DNA of 61,557 nucleotides, the filler included. It is 6 parts of 6 records of this genome, joined end to end, with 100 filler letters (N's around TTAATTAATTAA, not from the genome) between each part and the next. Parts side by side here need not be neighbours in the genome. Positions count along the whole stretch, not along the records: positions 20,916 to 34,856 come from SRR31156797_29601; 5 more parts are not named here. One strand, 5' to 3'. Under the pieces are notes generated by a model. The model was not told the DNA's origin. It made no database searches and saw only the letters and a program-made list of their open reading frames with translations. The position numbers were made by a program, and so were the translations under genes. Position 1 is the first letter of the stretch. Every line of letters starts with the position of its first letter. This document shows, one piece after another, positions 21,306-30,314 of the stretch.

Positions 21306-24300
21306 ATGCAATCTACTAACTTTGATTTTCTGAAAAAGCATAACCCACTTTTCCATCAACTAGGCTCTATTGCTGAACAAAATTTTATTATAGATCCCAA
21401 TACAACCCTCATTAAACTCCGTCAACTCGGTGAAGCTATTGCTCAGGATGTCGCTGCTCGCTTAGGAATATCCTTCTATGAGAAACCTACCCAAGTAGAA
21501 CTGATTAGTAAAATTAGTAGGGAAACAAGATCAGACAGGACCATCATTGATCTATTTCATACTCTCAGGAAAGAGGGTAACAGAGCTACACATGGGTTTC
21601 AGACGAAACATAAAGAAGCTATCGACGGATTACGAATCGCTCGAGAGTTGAGTATATGGTATTATCGTTCCTTTATTGATCCCAATTTCAAGCCAATCTC
21701 TTTCAATCCACCACAAGATCCCAGTATAGAGCTGAGAGGTCTTCAAGCTCAAATCCAAATACTAAAAAATGAACTTTCTAAGACGAATCAGAAATTGGAT
21801 GATAGTCAGAGTCTTTCAAACCTTTTATCTGAAGAAAAGCATCAGTATGAAATATTAGCAGAACAGATGAATGTTGAAGCAAAAATCTATCAGGAAATTG
21901 CGAAAGAACATGAACAGGCTTTAGAAGAACAGCGGACAAAATTTGAGCAGGAACTTGAAAAAACGAGAGAAGAAGCCAAAAAAGATAACAAACAAGTAAA
22001 GGAACTGACAAACCGCACCAAAAAAGCATCAGATAAAATTGTATTAAATGAAGAACTAACAAGGATTATTATTGATTTAAAACTCAACGAACTAGGTTGG
22101 GATGCTGACTCTCAAGAGTTAACCTATGCTAAAGGAGTTAGACCTGAGAAAGGTAAAAATAAAGCAATATCAGAGTGGCCAGCACAAGGTCGACAGAGTG
22201 CAGATTATGTACTTTTTGTTGGAATGACTCCTGTAGGAGTTGTAGAAGCAAAAAAAGTAAATGTTGATGTTGCTGGGAAAATAGGTCAAGCAGAGCGCTA
22301 TTCTCGTGGATTTCAATTTGATGATGCCATGATAAAACCCTGGACTCATTCTGGGAATTTTTCTGCCTGGGACGATGGAGAGTCTGGCCTTTTCAACATC
22401 CCCTTTGTCTATTCTTGCAATGGAAGACCTTATGTTAAGCAATTGGCAGAAAAGTCGGGCACCTGGTTCCGAGATACAAGAAAAATTTCAAATATTAAAA
22501 GACCTTTGGAAAACTTCCATTCTCCTGAAGGTCTCATGGATTTACTTAAACGGGATAAAGAGAAAGCAGAAGAGAATCTCAGAAAAGAGGGATTTTCCTA
22601 TCTAGGTCTAAGAGACTATCAAATCAAGGCCATTGAGAAAGTAGAAGAGGCATTGGAAGATGATAAAAAACGATGCCTTTTGGCCATGGCGACGGGAACC
22701 GGGAAAACAAGAACCATTATTGGTTTAATGTATCGTATGCTTAAAGCTGAGCGATTTAAAAGAATCCTTTTTCTTGTTGATAGGAACTCTTTAGGTGATC
22801 AAGCTCTCGATTCATTTAAAGATACAAATCTTGAACAAAACCAACCTCTCTCAAAGATTTACAATATAGCTGAATTGCGAGATATGGCTGTAGAGGCTGA
22901 GACTAGAATTCAGGTTGCAACCGTACAGGCTATGGTTCATCGGATTTTTTTATCGGAAAATCCTCCTTCTATTGATAACTATGACTGTATCATAGTCGAT
23001 GAAGCTCATAGGGGGTATGCCCTCGATCAGGAAATGACAGAAGGTGAATTACAAGTCCGAAATTCAGCACAGTATCTCTCGACCTATAGAAGGGTGTTAG
23101 ATTATTTTGATACTACATTGATCGGATTGACCGCTACTCCGGCTAAGCACACGACAGACATTTTTGGTAAGCCGGTCTTTACTTACTCCTACAGGGAAGC
23201 CGTTGCTGAAGACTGGTTGATTGATCATGAACCCCCTATTCGGTATTACACCCGCTTGGCTGAGAAGGGGATACATATCCCCAAAGGGGAAGTCGCTGTA
23301 ATCGACACGACTACAGGTAAAGTTGAAACTACCACACTTGAAGATGAAATGAACTTTAATGTGGAATCTTTTAACCGAAGTGTTATCACCGAAGGGTTTA
23401 ACGAAGTTATTTGTGATCAATTAGCTCAGGAAATCGATCCTTTCGGAGATGAGAAGACTATGATTTTCTGCGCAACTGATTTGCATGCCGATATGGTAAA
23501 AGATTTGTTGGATAAAACCTTCAACAAATACTACGGTAGTGAATACAATCAAGCTGCTGTAAAGAAGATAACAGGACAGAGTGATAAAGTCTCACAATTA
23601 ATAAAACAGTATAAGAATGAGAAGTACCCATCTATTGCTATTACTGTAGATCTGCTTACTACCGGTATTGATGTTCCGCAAATCTGTCATCTCGTTTTTT
23701 TACGACGAGTAAAATCAAGAATTTTGTATGAACAGATGATTGGTCGAGCGACCAGACGTTGTGATGAAATAGGGAAAACTGTCTTTAAAATTTATGATCC
23801 AGTAGATATCTACAAATCATTGGAGCAGGTTTCGACGATGAAACCATTAGTCAAAGATCCCAATGTCCCCTTAACTCAGTTGATCGATGAGCTCTCTAAT
23901 CCTGATAGCTATAATGTTTTGAATGAAGGCAATATGAGAACACATGCTGATGATGTCTTGGATGATATAACTCAAAGAGTCATGAGAGTCCTTAGAAAAG
24001 CGGAAAAGAAAGCTGAGAGACTTCCCGAGGTGAGAAAGAAGCTAAACGAACTGGGTACTTCCTGGGGGGTAGAGCCTTCGAAACTTCATACCTATCTGCA
24101 TTCTTTAGGTCCGAAGAAAGCCATAGAGTTTATTGAGAATAATACATACCTTGTTGAACAACTGGAAGAGGTCAAGTCAATAATCGGCTCTGATCGATGT
24201 CCTATAATTTCAGATGAACAGGATGTTATGCAGGCGAGAGAACAAGTCTTTGTCGGTTTTGAAAAACCCGAAGACTTTCTGGAAAGTTTTGATGAATTCA

Positions 24301-24764
24301 TCCGAAAAAACATTAATGAGTCGGTAGCTCTATCTACAATAGTCAATTCTCCAAAGGATTTGACAAGAGAACAGTTAAAAGAAGTAAAACTACTATTGGA
24401 TAAAGAAGGTTTTTCAGAAACAAAAGTCCAGACAGCCTGGAGAAATACCTCCAACAAGGATATAACAGCTTCTATTGTCGGTTTTATTCGACAGGCGGCG
24501 CTTGGGGAGTCTTTGGTTCCCTTCGAGCAACGTGTACAAAGTGCGATGGAGAAGATCTATTCTCTCCATAACTGGAATCCAGTCCAAAAGAAATGGCTGG
24601 ACCGTATTGCCAGTCAGTTAAAACATGAGCTTGTCATTGATGAGTCTTTTGTCAATAATGTATTTCTCGATGTGGGTGGTTCGAAAAGGATGGATAAAAT
24701 CCTGAACAACAAGCTCGATCTGGTTCTAGAAAACTTAACTGAATCCCTGTGGATTTCTGCATAA
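21306..24764 (+). CDS. hsdR: Type I restriction endonuclease subunit R, EcoKI-like
   Basis: NFDFL...DPNTTLIKLR N-terminus, ADYVLF..VVEAKK nuclease motif, MATGTGKT, DEAHRG, LTATP, LLTTGIDVP, QMIGRATR. Confidence 0.96.
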   Translation: MQSTNFDFLKKHNPLFHQLGSIAEQNFIIDPNTTLIKLRQLGEAIAQDVAARLGISFYEKPTQVELISKISRETRSDRTIIDLFHTLRKEGNRATHGFQTKHKEAIDGLRIARELSIWYYRSFIDPNFKPISFNPPQDPSIELRGLQAQIQILKNELSKTNQKLDDSQSLSNLLSEEKHQYEILAEQMNVEAKIYQEIAKEHEQALEEQRTKFEQELEKTREEAKKDNKQVKELTNRTKKASDKIVLNEELTRIIIDLKLNELGWDADSQELTYAKGVRPEKGKNKAISEWPAQGRQSADYVLFVGMTPVGVVEAKKVNVDVAGKIGQAERYSRGFQFDDAMIKPWTHSGNFSAWDDGESGLFNIPFVYSCNGRPYVKQLAEKSGTWFRDTRKISNIKRPLENFHSPEGLMDLLKRDKEKAEENLRKEGFSYLGLRDYQIKAIEKVEEALEDDKKRCLLAMATGTGKTRTIIGLMYRMLKAERFKRILFLVDRNSLGDQALDSFKDTNLEQNQPLSKIYNIAELRDMAVEAETRIQVATVQAMVHRIFLSENPPSIDNYDCIIVDEAHRGYALDQEMTEGELQVRNSAQYLSTYRRVLDYFDTTLIGLTATPAKHTTDIFGKPVFTYSYREAVAEDWLIDHEPPIRYYTRLAEKGIHIPKGEVAVIDTTTGKVETTTLEDEMNFNVESFNRSVITEGFNEVICDQLAQEIDPFGDEKTMIFCATDLHADMVKDLLDKTFNKYYGSEYNQAAVKKITGQSDKVSQLIKQYKNEKYPSIAITVDLLTTGIDVPQICHLVFLRRVKSRILYEQMIGRATRRCDEIGKTVFKIYDPVDIYKSLEQVSTMKPLVKDPNVPLTQLIDELSNPDSYNVLNEGNMRTHADDVLDDITQRVMRVLRKAEKKAERLPEVRKKLNELGTSWGVEPSKLHTYLHSLGPKKAIEFIENNTYLVEQLEEVKSIIGSDRCPIISDEQDVMQAREQVFVGFEKPEDFLESFDEFIRKNINESVALSTIVNSPKDLTREQLKEVKLLLDKEGFSETKVQTAWRNTSNKDITASIVGFIRQAALGESLVPFEQRVQSAMEKIYSLHNWNPVQKKWLDRIASQLKHELVIDESFVNNVFLDVGGSKRMDKILNNKLDLVLENLTESLWISA

Positions 24765-24779
24765 TTTAAAGGAATAAAA

Positions 24780-26360
24780 ATGGCTCAAAGCGATATTGTA
24801 CAAAAACTGTGGAATCTCTGTGATATTTTACGAGACGATGGTATTAACTACTCTGAATATGTAACGGAACTGGCTCTTCTTCTATTTATTAAAATGGAGT
24901 CTGAAATGGTTGAAGTCGATTCAGATTTTAGCCACAGACTGCCAGAAGGGTGTAGATGGAACGATCTGAGTTCTCTATCCGGTATTCCATTGATGAACAA
25001 ATACAAGAGAGTTTTATTGATTCTTTCTACTGGCATTGACACAGAAAAAGAGGTCGATAAACTCAAGGAAGATGGTTCTGAGAAGACAGAAGCCGAGATT
25101 GAAGCTGAACGACATGTAGTCGAGGACCAGTTAATTCTGTCAATATATGCTGATGCCCAGACTAGGCTTAGGGAGCCGAGACATCTGGAGTCATTAGTCT
25201 GTAAGCTCGATGAGATGAATTGGTTCAGTGATGAAAAAGACGATCTCGGAGATATGTACGAAGGACTTCTGGAAAAGAACGCTAATGAGACGAAATCCGG
25301 TGCAGGTCAGTATTTTACTCCCAGGGCTTTGATTAAGAGCATTGTGCGAATTGTCAAACCTCAGTTCGGGGAGAAAATCCAGGATCCTGCAGCCGGTACA
25401 GCCGGTTTTCTTACAGAATCTCACAAATTGATTCGTGAAGATATGTATAATCACCCACAACCGGAAATTAAGAAACATCTGGAAAAGAATTATGTTGGTA
25501 TGGAGCTTGTTCCCAATACTAGGCGTCTGGCTCTTATGAATTGTCTGCTTCATGGAATGGAAGGGGAAGATGACGGTGTTGTTCACCTCGGAAATACTCT
25601 GGGGGATCCTGGTGCAAACCTCCCCAAATCCAATGTGATTTTGACCAACCCTCCATTTGGAACAGCAAAGGGCGGTGGTGGTTCTACTAGAAGTGACCTG
25701 ACTTATGAAACTAGTAACAAGCAACTTTCCTTTCTTCAGCATATCTATCGGAATCTAAAACCAGGAGGCCGGGCCGCGGTCATTCTCCCCGATAATGTTC
25801 TTTTTGAAGCTGGTGTTGGTACTGAGATTCGTAAGGATTTGATGAATAAGTGCAATCTTCATACTATTCTGAGATTGCCTACTGGCATTTTCTATGCTGC
25901 TGGTGTTAAGACCAATGTTCTATTCTTTACCAAAGGGACAAAAGATAATATCGATCAGATTGAAAACTGTACGGAAAATGTCTGGGTTTACGATTTGAGA
26001 ACCAATATGCCTATGTTTGGTAAGAGGAATCCTTTTAATGAATCGCATTTGAAGCCATTTGAGGATCTATTTGGCGATGATCCATATGATCAGTCGGGAA
26101 GAAAAGAGGGGGATTGGAGTTTTATAGAGCATGGGAAGGTTAACTCTGATGAGAATAACAGATGGCGTTTTTTTTCTCGGGAATTTATTGATAAAAAGAA
26201 GGATAATTCTTTAGATATCTCCTGGATTAAAGATAAAGACGCTGTTGATTCTGAGGATCTGCCTGCTCCGGAGGTTCTAGCTAATGAGGCTATGAATGAG
26301 TTGAAAGGAGCTCTTGAGGATATTGAAGAATTGATTATACAGTTGAGGAATGCTAAATGA
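24780..26360 (+). CDS. hsdM: Type I R-M N6-adenine methyltransferase subunit M
   Basis: KLWNLCDILRDDG, GAGQYFTPR, DPAAGTAGFL, NPPF, LRLPTGIFYA. Confidence 0.96.
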   Translation: MAQSDIVQKLWNLCDILRDDGINYSEYVTELALLLFIKMESEMVEVDSDFSHRLPEGCRWNDLSSLSGIPLMNKYKRVLLILSTGIDTEKEVDKLKEDGSEKTEAEIEAERHVVEDQLILSIYADAQTRLREPRHLESLVCKLDEMNWFSDEKDDLGDMYEGLLEKNANETKSGAGQYFTPRALIKSIVRIVKPQFGEKIQDPAAGTAGFLTESHKLIREDMYNHPQPEIKKHLEKNYVGMELVPNTRRLALMNCLLHGMEGEDDGVVHLGNTLGDPGANLPKSNVILTNPPFGTAKGGGGSTRSDLTYETSNKQLSFLQHIYRNLKPGGRAAVILPDNVLFEAGVGTEIRKDLMNKCNLHTILRLPTGIFYAAGVKTNVLFFTKGTKDNIDQIENCTENVWVYDLRTNMPMFGKRNPFNESHLKPFEDLFGDDPYDQSGRKEGDWSFIEHGKVNSDENNRWRFFSREFIDKKKDNSLDISWIKDKDAVDSEDLPAPEVLANEAMNELKGALEDIEELIIQLRNAK

Positions 26361-27940
26361 AAGGGATTCCGGAAGAGTGGGTAGAATGCACTCTAGATGA
26401 TATAATACTAGATATAATTGGGGGGGGGACTCCATCAAAAAGAAATCAAAGTTATTATTCTGGTAAAGTACCGTTTATGACGGTTAAAGATATGAAATCC
26501 TTTCGTCCAAAAGATACAATTGATCATATAACAGATGAAGCAATATCTAATTCAAGTACAAATCTAATTCCTGAAGGAACAATTATAGTTTCAACAAGAA
26601 TGGGATTAGGGAAAATCGTACGTGTTCCATTTTCAACTGCTATTAACCAGGATTTAAAAGCTTTAATATTCTCTACTCAGATAAGTCTAGATTTTATTGA
26701 ATATTACTACAGAAATTTATCTCCATATTTAGTCAGCAAAGGAACGGGGTCAACAGTTAAAGGGATAACATTAAATGTATTAAAATCTGTTCCAATTCTA
26801 TTATCTTCATATTCTGAACAAGTGGAAATTGCTTCAAGGCTTGAACTTCTTCTTAAGCAAGTTGAAAAGATAGAAAGTCGTATTGATAGTATTCCTGAGA
26901 TTCTTAAGAGGTTTAGGCAATCTGTTCTTTCTGCTGCTGTTAGTGGGAAGCTTACGGAGGATTGGCGGGGAAATCGTGACTTTGGATCTAGTGTAAAATT
27001 AGGAAAATGTGCAGAAAACATTCGTTATGGTACTTCTAAAAAGTGTACTGCTAAAGCTGAAGGAATACCTGTATTAAGAATTCCTAATATAAAAGATGGT
27101 ATAATTGATCATGAAGATTTAAAATATGCTTCATTTGATGACAAGGAACTAATGTCATTTGCACTTAATGAAGGTGATATTTTATTAATAAGATCAAATG
27201 GAAGCATAGATTTGGTTGGAAAACCTGCATTGATATCAAAAAATGATGAGAAGTGTCTCTTTGCAGGATATCTAATAAGAATAAGGCTTAATAAATCTAA
27301 AGTTCTTCCAAAATATTTATTGTTCTGTTTGCAAAGTCCTCAAGTAAGAAATCAAATTGAGATTACTGCAAGATCAACAAGTGGTGTGAATAATATAAAC
27401 AGTCAGGAACTAGCTGATTTAGAATTTATTTTGCCTAATATAGATGAGCAAATGGAAATAATAAAACGAGTTGAGAATTATTTATCGTTATCAGATTCTA
27501 TCGATTTAAAGGTTAGACATACGATGAGTCAGATTAATAATCTAAACCAATCAATTCTTGCAAAAGCATTTAATGGGGAGTTGACTAAAGAGTGGAGAGA
27601 GTTGAATCAGGAGCTGATTTCTGGTGAGAACTCTGCTTATGCTTTGCTTGAGAAAATTCATGAAGCAAAAAAGATGATTCAAACTAGCAATATGAAACGA
27701 AAAAAGGGAGTAAAAAAGGTAAAAATGAAAGAAATCATTCCTATAACTTCTGCTTTAAAAAATGCAGGAAAATTACTTACTGCTCAAGAGCTACTCCAAG
27801 AAGCTGGGTATCCAAATGATAGCAACACAGAAACCTTAGAAAACTTTTTTCTTGATATTAGAGAAGCTCTAGAAAGTGGAAATGTTAAAAGAACTCGTAT
27901 TGAATCTGAAGATGTGTTTGAGCTAATAAACAAGAGATAA
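26357..27940 (+). CDS. hsdS: Type I R-M specificity subunit S with extra C-terminal domain
   Basis: Two TRDs; EcoKI-type conserved regions RFRQSVLSAAVSGKLTEDWR and QSILAKAFNGELTKEWR...ISGENSA; ~71 additional residues. Confidence 0.94.
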   Translation: MKGIPEEWVECTLDDIILDIIGGGTPSKRNQSYYSGKVPFMTVKDMKSFRPKDTIDHITDEAISNSSTNLIPEGTIIVSTRMGLGKIVRVPFSTAINQDLKALIFSTQISLDFIEYYYRNLSPYLVSKGTGSTVKGITLNVLKSVPILLSSYSEQVEIASRLELLLKQVEKIESRIDSIPEILKRFRQSVLSAAVSGKLTEDWRGNRDFGSSVKLGKCAENIRYGTSKKCTAKAEGIPVLRIPNIKDGIIDHEDLKYASFDDKELMSFALNEGDILLIRSNGSIDLVGKPALISKNDEKCLFAGYLIRIRLNKSKVLPKYLLFCLQSPQVRNQIEITARSTSGVNNINSQELADLEFILPNIDEQMEIIKRVENYLSLSDSIDLKVRHTMSQINNLNQSILAKAFNGELTKEWRELNQELISGENSAYALLEKIHEAKKMIQTSNMKRKKGVKKVKMKEIIPITSALKNAGKLLTAQELLQEAGYPNDSNTETLENFFLDIREALESGNVKRTRIESEDVFELINKR

Positions 27941-27942
27941 AA

Positions 27943-29448
27943 ATGAAATTAGATTATTTGGAAATCAGAAGTCCTTATAAAAACCTCAATAATGTAACAA
28001 TTGATTTTGATGAAAACAACTTGATGACTGTTGTTGTTGGTAGAAATGGTTCTGGAAAGTCGAATGTTCTAGAAGCTATTGTTGAAATTTTCAGGAATCT
28101 TGATCTAGGAGAAACAGCTCCTTTTTCATATGTAATAAAATATAAACTTGAAAATGATTTATATGGGAAGTGGATAACTATAGTTGCTGATTCTCAATAT
28201 AAAACACCGGCTAAGCAATACAAAATCACATGTGAAATAGAATCTAAGGTTCAAGTTATTCCTTTTTCTAAAGTAATGAGAGATAGAGAAGGACATTCAG
28301 ATTATCTACCTAAATACATTTTTGCGTATTATTCAGGTCCTAGCGATCGGTTGGAGAAACACTTTAAAACTCATAGAACAAGATTTTATAAAGCATTGCT
28401 AAATAATAAGATTGATCTTGCGGGAGATATCAGACCATTGTTTTATGCCAAACCTTACCATAGCCAATTCGTATTACTCGCTTTTTTTCTGAGTAAGCAA
28501 AATGAACAGGAGAGAGCTTTTTTAAAAAAGCATATTGGAATTGAGAGTCTTGACTCAATACACTTTGTTTTACGACGACCTGATTGGACAAAAAACAAGA
28601 AAGAACTCTTCTGGGGTGCCTATGGAGTTGTTCGAGAGTTTTTAGAAAACCTATATCCATTTGCTATGGCACCTGTGAAAGTTACTAGGAATGAGGATGT
28701 TTCTCTTACAGGTAGTAATATTATTAATGAGTTTTTCCATCTTTTTTTACCAAACGTTGATACCTTGAGAGAATTTGCAAAAGATTTATCTCCAGAAGTT
28801 TTTTTTAAAATGCTTGAAAGTACCCTGTTATCAGAAATTATTTCTGAAGTGAGTATAAGGGTAAAAACTACAAGTTGTGATAAACCTTTAACTTTTCGTG
28901 AATTAAGTGAAGGTGAGCAGCAGTTATTAACCGTTCTAGGATTACTTAAGTTTACTGGTGGAAAGGATTCCTTATTTCTATTAGATGAGCCTGATACTCA
29001 CCTGAACCCTTCTTGGGTTGTTAAATACCTTGACTTCCTAAAGGATTTTGTACCAGATCATAAATCAAGTCATTTGTTAATGGTTACGCATCAACCTTTA
29101 GCAATTGCAGAATTGGAAAAAGAGCAGTTACAGGTTATGTCGAATGATGCTAATCAGATAACAGCAAAGCAGCCAGTAGAAAATCCAAGAGGAATGGGAA
29201 TCAATCTAATTCTTAGAAGTGATATTTTTGGAATGAAAACAACATTAGACAATGACACAAATTTAAAAGTATTAAGAAGGAATCTACTAGCTAGTAAGGA
29301 ATCACTTACTGATGAAGAAGAATCCGAACTAGAATCATTGAGTGAAGTGTTAGACAATTTAGGTTTTTCCTTTTCTGATGATGATCCTGATTACTCCGAT
29401 TTTTTATATAATCGATATCATAAAATATCATCAGGAAAAACTAAGTAA
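27943..29448 (+). CDS. ABC-family (AAA_21-like) ATPase, Septu PtuA-like
   Basis: Walker A GRNGSGKS, signature LSEGEQ, Walker B/D-loop LLDEPDTHLNP, H-loop VTHQP; no TM segments. Confidence 0.88.
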   Translation: MKLDYLEIRSPYKNLNNVTIDFDENNLMTVVVGRNGSGKSNVLEAIVEIFRNLDLGETAPFSYVIKYKLENDLYGKWITIVADSQYKTPAKQYKITCEIESKVQVIPFSKVMRDREGHSDYLPKYIFAYYSGPSDRLEKHFKTHRTRFYKALLNNKIDLAGDIRPLFYAKPYHSQFVLLAFFLSKQNEQERAFLKKHIGIESLDSIHFVLRRPDWTKNKKELFWGAYGVVREFLENLYPFAMAPVKVTRNEDVSLTGSNIINEFFHLFLPNVDTLREFAKDLSPEVFFKMLESTLLSEIISEVSIRVKTTSCDKPLTFRELSEGEQQLLTVLGLLKFTGGKDSLFLLDEPDTHLNPSWVVKYLDFLKDFVPDHKSSHLLMVTHQPLAIAELEKEQLQVMSNDANQITAKQPVENPRGMGINLILRSDIFGMKTTLDNDTNLKVLRRNLLASKESLTDEEESELESLSEVLDNLGFSFSDDDPDYSDFLYNRYHKISSGKTK

Positions 29449-30272
29449 TGCGTTGGATATGTAAAGCAGATATTGAGGAATCTCTAACAGAAGAATGGCG
29501 AAATAACGCAGATGCAGCTTTAAAGGAATTAGAGAATGCATCTACTCCTCAAGATAGAAAAAGTAAAATTGATTCAGCTGCTTCTGGAAAAATCTGGAGG
29601 GACTTTTATGATTTGTTGCCTGATGATTTGAAAAAGAAATGCTGGTATTGTGAAGCTGAAGAAATTCGTTCTGATATGCCAGTTGATCACTTTAGGCCAA
29701 AAAAGAAAATTACTGAGGATGATAGTCATCCTGGATATTGGTGGCTTACATATGATTGGAAAAACTATAGATGTGCTTGTACTTATTGTAATAGTAGAAG
29801 AGTATTTGAAAATTCTGAAGGAGGAAAGCAAAATAGTTTTCCACTGATTGATCCTAGTAAGCGAGCTTCAAGACCTGAAGATTTATTAGATCTTGAAGAA
29901 CCTGCTTTTCTAGACCCCTTAGATTGTGATGATTATAAATTATTATGGTTTGATAATGATGGTTTTCCTATTATAAATCCCAATAGAATTTCTACTACAG
30001 CCCAATTGAAAGTTGATAATTCAATAAGTATTTTCCATTTACATGAAGGAAAGTTAGTAAAAAATAGAAACCGGATACGTATAAAAATAAACAATATTGT
30101 TCGTGAACTGAAACAAGCAAAAAAAGTTGGAAATTTACGAGTTGTAAAGACCAAGAAAGAAGAATTAACAAAAATGATACGTCCTTCAGAGATGTTGTCT
30201 TTAACGGCATTGGTTTATTTGAAGCAACATAAGCATATAGATGAGGTTAAAGATATTCTAAACCCAGAATAG
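29448..30272 (+). CDS. HNH endonuclease, Septu PtuB-like
   Basis: CWYCE...VDHFRPK...YWWLTYDWKNY..ACTYCN; TAATG stop/start overlap with the ATPase. Confidence 0.85.
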   Translation: MRWICKADIEESLTEEWRNNADAALKELENASTPQDRKSKIDSAASGKIWRDFYDLLPDDLKKKCWYCEAEEIRSDMPVDHFRPKKKITEDDSHPGYWWLTYDWKNYRCACTYCNSRRVFENSEGGKQNSFPLIDPSKRASRPEDLLDLEEPAFLDPLDCDDYKLLWFDNDGFPIINPNRISTTAQLKVDNSISIFHLHEGKLVKNRNRIRIKINNIVRELKQAKKVGNLRVVKTKKEELTKMIRPSEMLSLTALVYLKQHKHIDEVKDILNPE

Positions 30273-30314
30273 ATGTGAAAGTACAGATTTAATAATTTAA
30301 ATGTGGAGAAGTTA

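Noticed and set aside
27943-30272. Retron type I-A (Ec78-like) call
   Set aside because: No reverse transcriptase anywhere in the att-bounded contig.
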